Below, piece after piece: positions 58,782-64,000 of a stretch of 64,000 bases of DNA (positions within the stretch are counted from its first letter, which is position 1; each line of letters starts with the position of its first letter). The notes beneath the pieces were generated by a model. It was not told the DNA's origin and ran no database searches. It saw nothing but the letters and a program-made list of their open reading frames with translations. The position numbers and the translations under genes were made by a program. The stretch lies in contig CM035353.1 of assembly GCA_020137815.1 (NCBI GenBank), forward strand, positions 7,688,001 to 7,752,000. Direction: 5' to 3'. Source of the stretch: Hormiphora californensis (taxonomy: Eukaryota; Animalia; Ctenophora).

Positions 58782-59142
58782 CAGATAAACTTTGGATTAG
58801 CCAAAACGGTTGAGTGGTTCGGCGGTTAGAACATTTTAGTGCAGGGTACTTTTTTGGCAGCAAACACCTGTAAAGTGTAAACAGGCCACCAAACGGCAAA
58901 CACCCAGATCGTAACGGCGCCCGACAAAGCTGAGCTGGCCAGCGTTAAAATCTGGGTGTTTAGAGTGTCAGCACTCACTGTTGTTTAAGGTTAGCGGCTA
59001 GCGCTAAAGTAGGGTTAGGGCTGGGGTTTAGGTTAGGGCTTGACATTTCCTATCAGCTAAACTTTGGATTAGCCGAAACGGTTGAGTGGTTTGGGCTTTG
59101 GTGGTTAGAGCCATTTTAGGCCAGGGTACTTTTCTGGCAGTG

Positions 59143-60370
59143 ACTTACTTGACTTATGGCGGCCGGAGAGGTCGAGTAGTAATGAACGATCTCCAGTTAT
59201 CCCGGTTGCACATAAGTTCAAGCATTTCGTTACTGTTATCACACACCCCGTCCAGGTCTTGTAATAGGACATCTGGGAAGGTTAGTAACGGGCGGCCACG
59301 CCGCACCTGGCCATGAGCTGGTTTCCACATTAGTAGTTCATGTCCCACTAGGTCATCGTGTCTAGCAAGGTGCCCTGCCATTCTCAGTCTCTGGCTTCTA
59401 ATCTTCTCAGTTACACGAGGAATATCTTGGAAAACCACGGCATTTGACACTCTGTCCGCACACCTGATGTTCAGTGCTGCCCTCAACATCCTCGAGTAAC
59501 ACCCATCAATCTTCTTGCCTAGGCTCTTGGTTATAGTCCACGTTTCAGATCCGTAGAGAAAGATAGTCTCGACAGTGGATCTGAATAACCTCACCTTCAT
59601 CTTTCTAGACATCTTAGACTTCCAGACTCTGTTCATCTTATTTAGGGCACTCCATGCCTTAGCCTTCCTAACTTCGAAATCTTTCACACTGTTTCCAATC
59701 CATGATCCCAGGTATACAAAGTCATCCACTTCATCCAGCAACTGTCCATCAGATGTTCTGATACCGTTGTGATCTGGACCAATGCTGTTAGTCATGTACT
59801 TCGTCTTACTACCATTTATGTGGAGACCAACAGATGCAGCAAACTCCTCCAGCCGGGCCAGGAATACCTGGGCCCCATCGATGGTATCAGCTAACAGAGC
59901 GAGATCATCGGCATAATCAGCATCTGTTAGCTTTTTAGCCGGGTACCTTCTGCTCCTCCGTGGTTGGATAGTGAATCCAAGATCTACTCCTTCAAGAGTT
60001 TTCCTCATTATATAATCGATGGCTATAATAAATAGCAAGGGAGCAAGAGTATCTCCCTGAAGAACACCGGCTAAGATCTGGAATATCTCAGTAGGTCCAT
60101 CCTCAGTGATTACACTTGCCACAGTATCCTGGTAAAGGGCGTCAATAAGGTCTACCAGGCGGTCGGGGACTCCATAAGCCGTCAGAATCTTCATTAGGAT
60201 ACCTCGATGAAGGGAGTCAAAGGCACGACGAAAGTCCACAAACAGGAGCACTGCCGTGATCTGTTTCGCCCTCGCACCCTCCAATATCCGTCTGAGACCT
60301 AATACGTGAGAGGATGTTGATCTACCCGGCCTAAAACCATTCTGCTCCGGTCTCAGGATGTCCTCAAAAG
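59143..60370 (-). mobile_element. 5'-truncated RTE-clade LINE with 9-bp TSD
   Basis: QNGFRPGRST, FVDFRRAFDS, GVLQGDTLAP, YADDLAL, FVYLGS, LYGSETW, RRGRP; tail taagtcaagtaagt; TSD CTGGCAGTG at 59134-59142 and 60371-60379. Confidence 0.92.
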
Positions 60371-60671
60371 CTGGCAGTGCACACTTGTTAACAGGCCTCA
60401 GTCTGGCCTCCAAACACCGATATCGTAACGGCACCAGACAAAGCTTTGCAAAGTTAATACTCATCCAATTTGGACAAAGTTAAAATCTATGTGCCTTCCA
60501 TTGCTAACGATTCATCGATTTTGGCGGTCGAGACGGGTTAGGGCTGCCCGTCAGGGTCTGGTTAGGTTATTGGTTTGGGGTTATCGGTTCGCTAGTTGTT
60601 TCAATGTAACATTTTAACAAATACAAATACTAACATGGTTCTAATATCCAGGTGAAATGTATCTATAAAGA

Positions 60672-61199
60672 ATGGCCACCCGAACCTTTAGCAGATCTCT
60701 GTCGTTAAACCTAAAACCACTATCTGATAACGACTTCAAACTCGAGCCTGAGAAAGTTATAGTTCCCATAACATCCTACCTGTACCTAGGAGCGGAGTGT
60801 AATGCGGCCGGGGACACCAAATCAAAAGGAATAACACACCTACTTAACTCGAGTATCAGTAGCCCCAACCTGAAAGTACAGCCTCCTGTAAAATACAAGA
60901 AGATTCCCCTGAAGGACCACTGTAGTGAGAATGTGTCGCAGTTTCTAGAGGAGGCTCTAGAGTTTATTGATGACGCCAGGAGAACACCTGGAGGGAGGGT
61001 TCTGGTGTATTGTCACGCAGGTATATCACGATCAGTTACCGTTACTGTCGCATACCTAATGAGTCGCAACAGAATGACCTTTGAAGAGGCTTACCAGTAT
61101 GTGAAAACAAGGAAAAGTGATATTTCGCCAAACATTGGGTTTATTAGTCAGTTGCAACAACTGGAGGCTGCTCTTAGGGAGAGTGGAAACTATCTTTAG
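60672..61199 (+). CDS. Small atypical dual-specificity phosphatase, single exon, 175 aa
   Basis: YLYLG, GITHLLN, PLKD, VLVYCHAGISRSVTVTVAYLM, AYQYVK..K..ISPNIGF..QL; in-frame stop at 60666-60668 just upstream, so no rhodanese domain. Confidence 0.88.
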   Translation: MATRTFSRSLSLNLKPLSDNDFKLEPEKVIVPITSYLYLGAECNAAGDTKSKGITHLLNSSISSPNLKVQPPVKYKKIPLKDHCSENVSQFLEEALEFIDDARRTPGGRVLVYCHAGISRSVTVTVAYLMSRNRMTFEEAYQYVKTRKSDISPNIGFISQLQQLEAALRESGNYL

Positions 61200-61674
61200 A
61201 GGGAGAGGTGAATCGTGGAAACTATCTTTAGAGGGAGAGAGAGACGGGACACCTCTGGGAACTATCTTCAGAAGGAGAGGAGATCATCTGTACTAAGGAA
61301 AGCGAGGTGTGGAATAAAGCAGGACTTTACTGAAATCTGAGAATCCGTGACGTCAGGATATGTTGTATAACAAGTATATACAAGTGTATTGGGAATCTGC
61401 AGCAATGATCAGTTATAATACAGCACACATTTAAACTACATTGTACATTTTGTATAGAGAGTGTGGATCAGGAGACTGTGTGTGTGACATGCTTTTATTA
61501 ATTGGCAATATATATGTATACAATGTGTTATATTATATTATACATTGTGTTATACAAATAAAATGTATCATGTGTTTTATGTGCTTCCTCCAGCTCCCAC
61601 AATCGGTTAGATCATTTTGTAACTCAGCACACTTGCTTTCTTTTTTCGCTCACAACACAGCTTTTGCTCTGTCT

Positions 61675-61975
<301 letters not shown>

Positions 61976-62187
61976 CGTCATGTTTACACTAAAAGTATAC
62001 AACTCACGTACGCAGCATATAATATTGAAGGCAGCCATTAGGTCATGCAGCAACACAGCAAACCACCTCACACACTACAACACACTTGGTTCTCTTTTAT
62101 TCACACTTCCTAACCAGAACAGTACCCCTCTCAGTGAGATACAAGCACACTCCCTAACTAGAACAGTACCCCTCTCAGAGATATATA

Positions 62188-63855
<1,668 letters not shown>

Positions 63856-64000
63856 TAAGTTGTACCTGAAAACTTATAACACGAGACCGAAGGTCGAGTG
63901 TTATAAGTACAACAATAATGATCCGAGACCACAGGTCGAGGCAGATTCTTGTACTTTAGTGCACGAGCCTGCGAGTGCCACTAAGTGTAACTACCTCACG

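Larger units (their letters stand above)
57950..60595. mobile_element. Nest of the agggtta-tract repeat family with an inserted MITE and an RTE LINE
   Basis: Similar to 18.8-19.15 and 21.3-22.2 kb. Confidence 0.6.

Overview
Eukaryotic (animal) genomic DNA with compact GT-AG introns, many (AG)n microsatellites, minisatellites, MITEs and LINEs. The short repeat families resemble ones I recall from cydippid ctenophores such as Pleurobrachia; this is recollection, not a database result. Gene models were spliced by hand and exon phases checked. Left to right: (1) a tightly packed minus-strand block of bifunctional PAM, intronless DUS3L, a PHM-fold membrane protein that has lost all six copper ligands but keeps an intact ORF, and a membrane-anchored PHM-only enzyme; (2) a CD225/dispanin gene; (3) five intronless endonuclease G family genes, four starting with a dual-acylation MGCCxS motif instead of a mitochondrial presequence; (4) ILRUN; (5) a 12-exon PRD-class Q50 homeobox gene with eh1 and OAR-like motifs; (6) an SLC22-like transporter, an atypical DUSP and the 5' part of ACAT1. 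Best candidates for undescribed biology: the predicted lipid-anchored EndoG array, the PHM pseudoenzyme in the amidation cluster, an operon-like layout with splice acceptors just before start codons, and minisatellites built from 3' splice sites.
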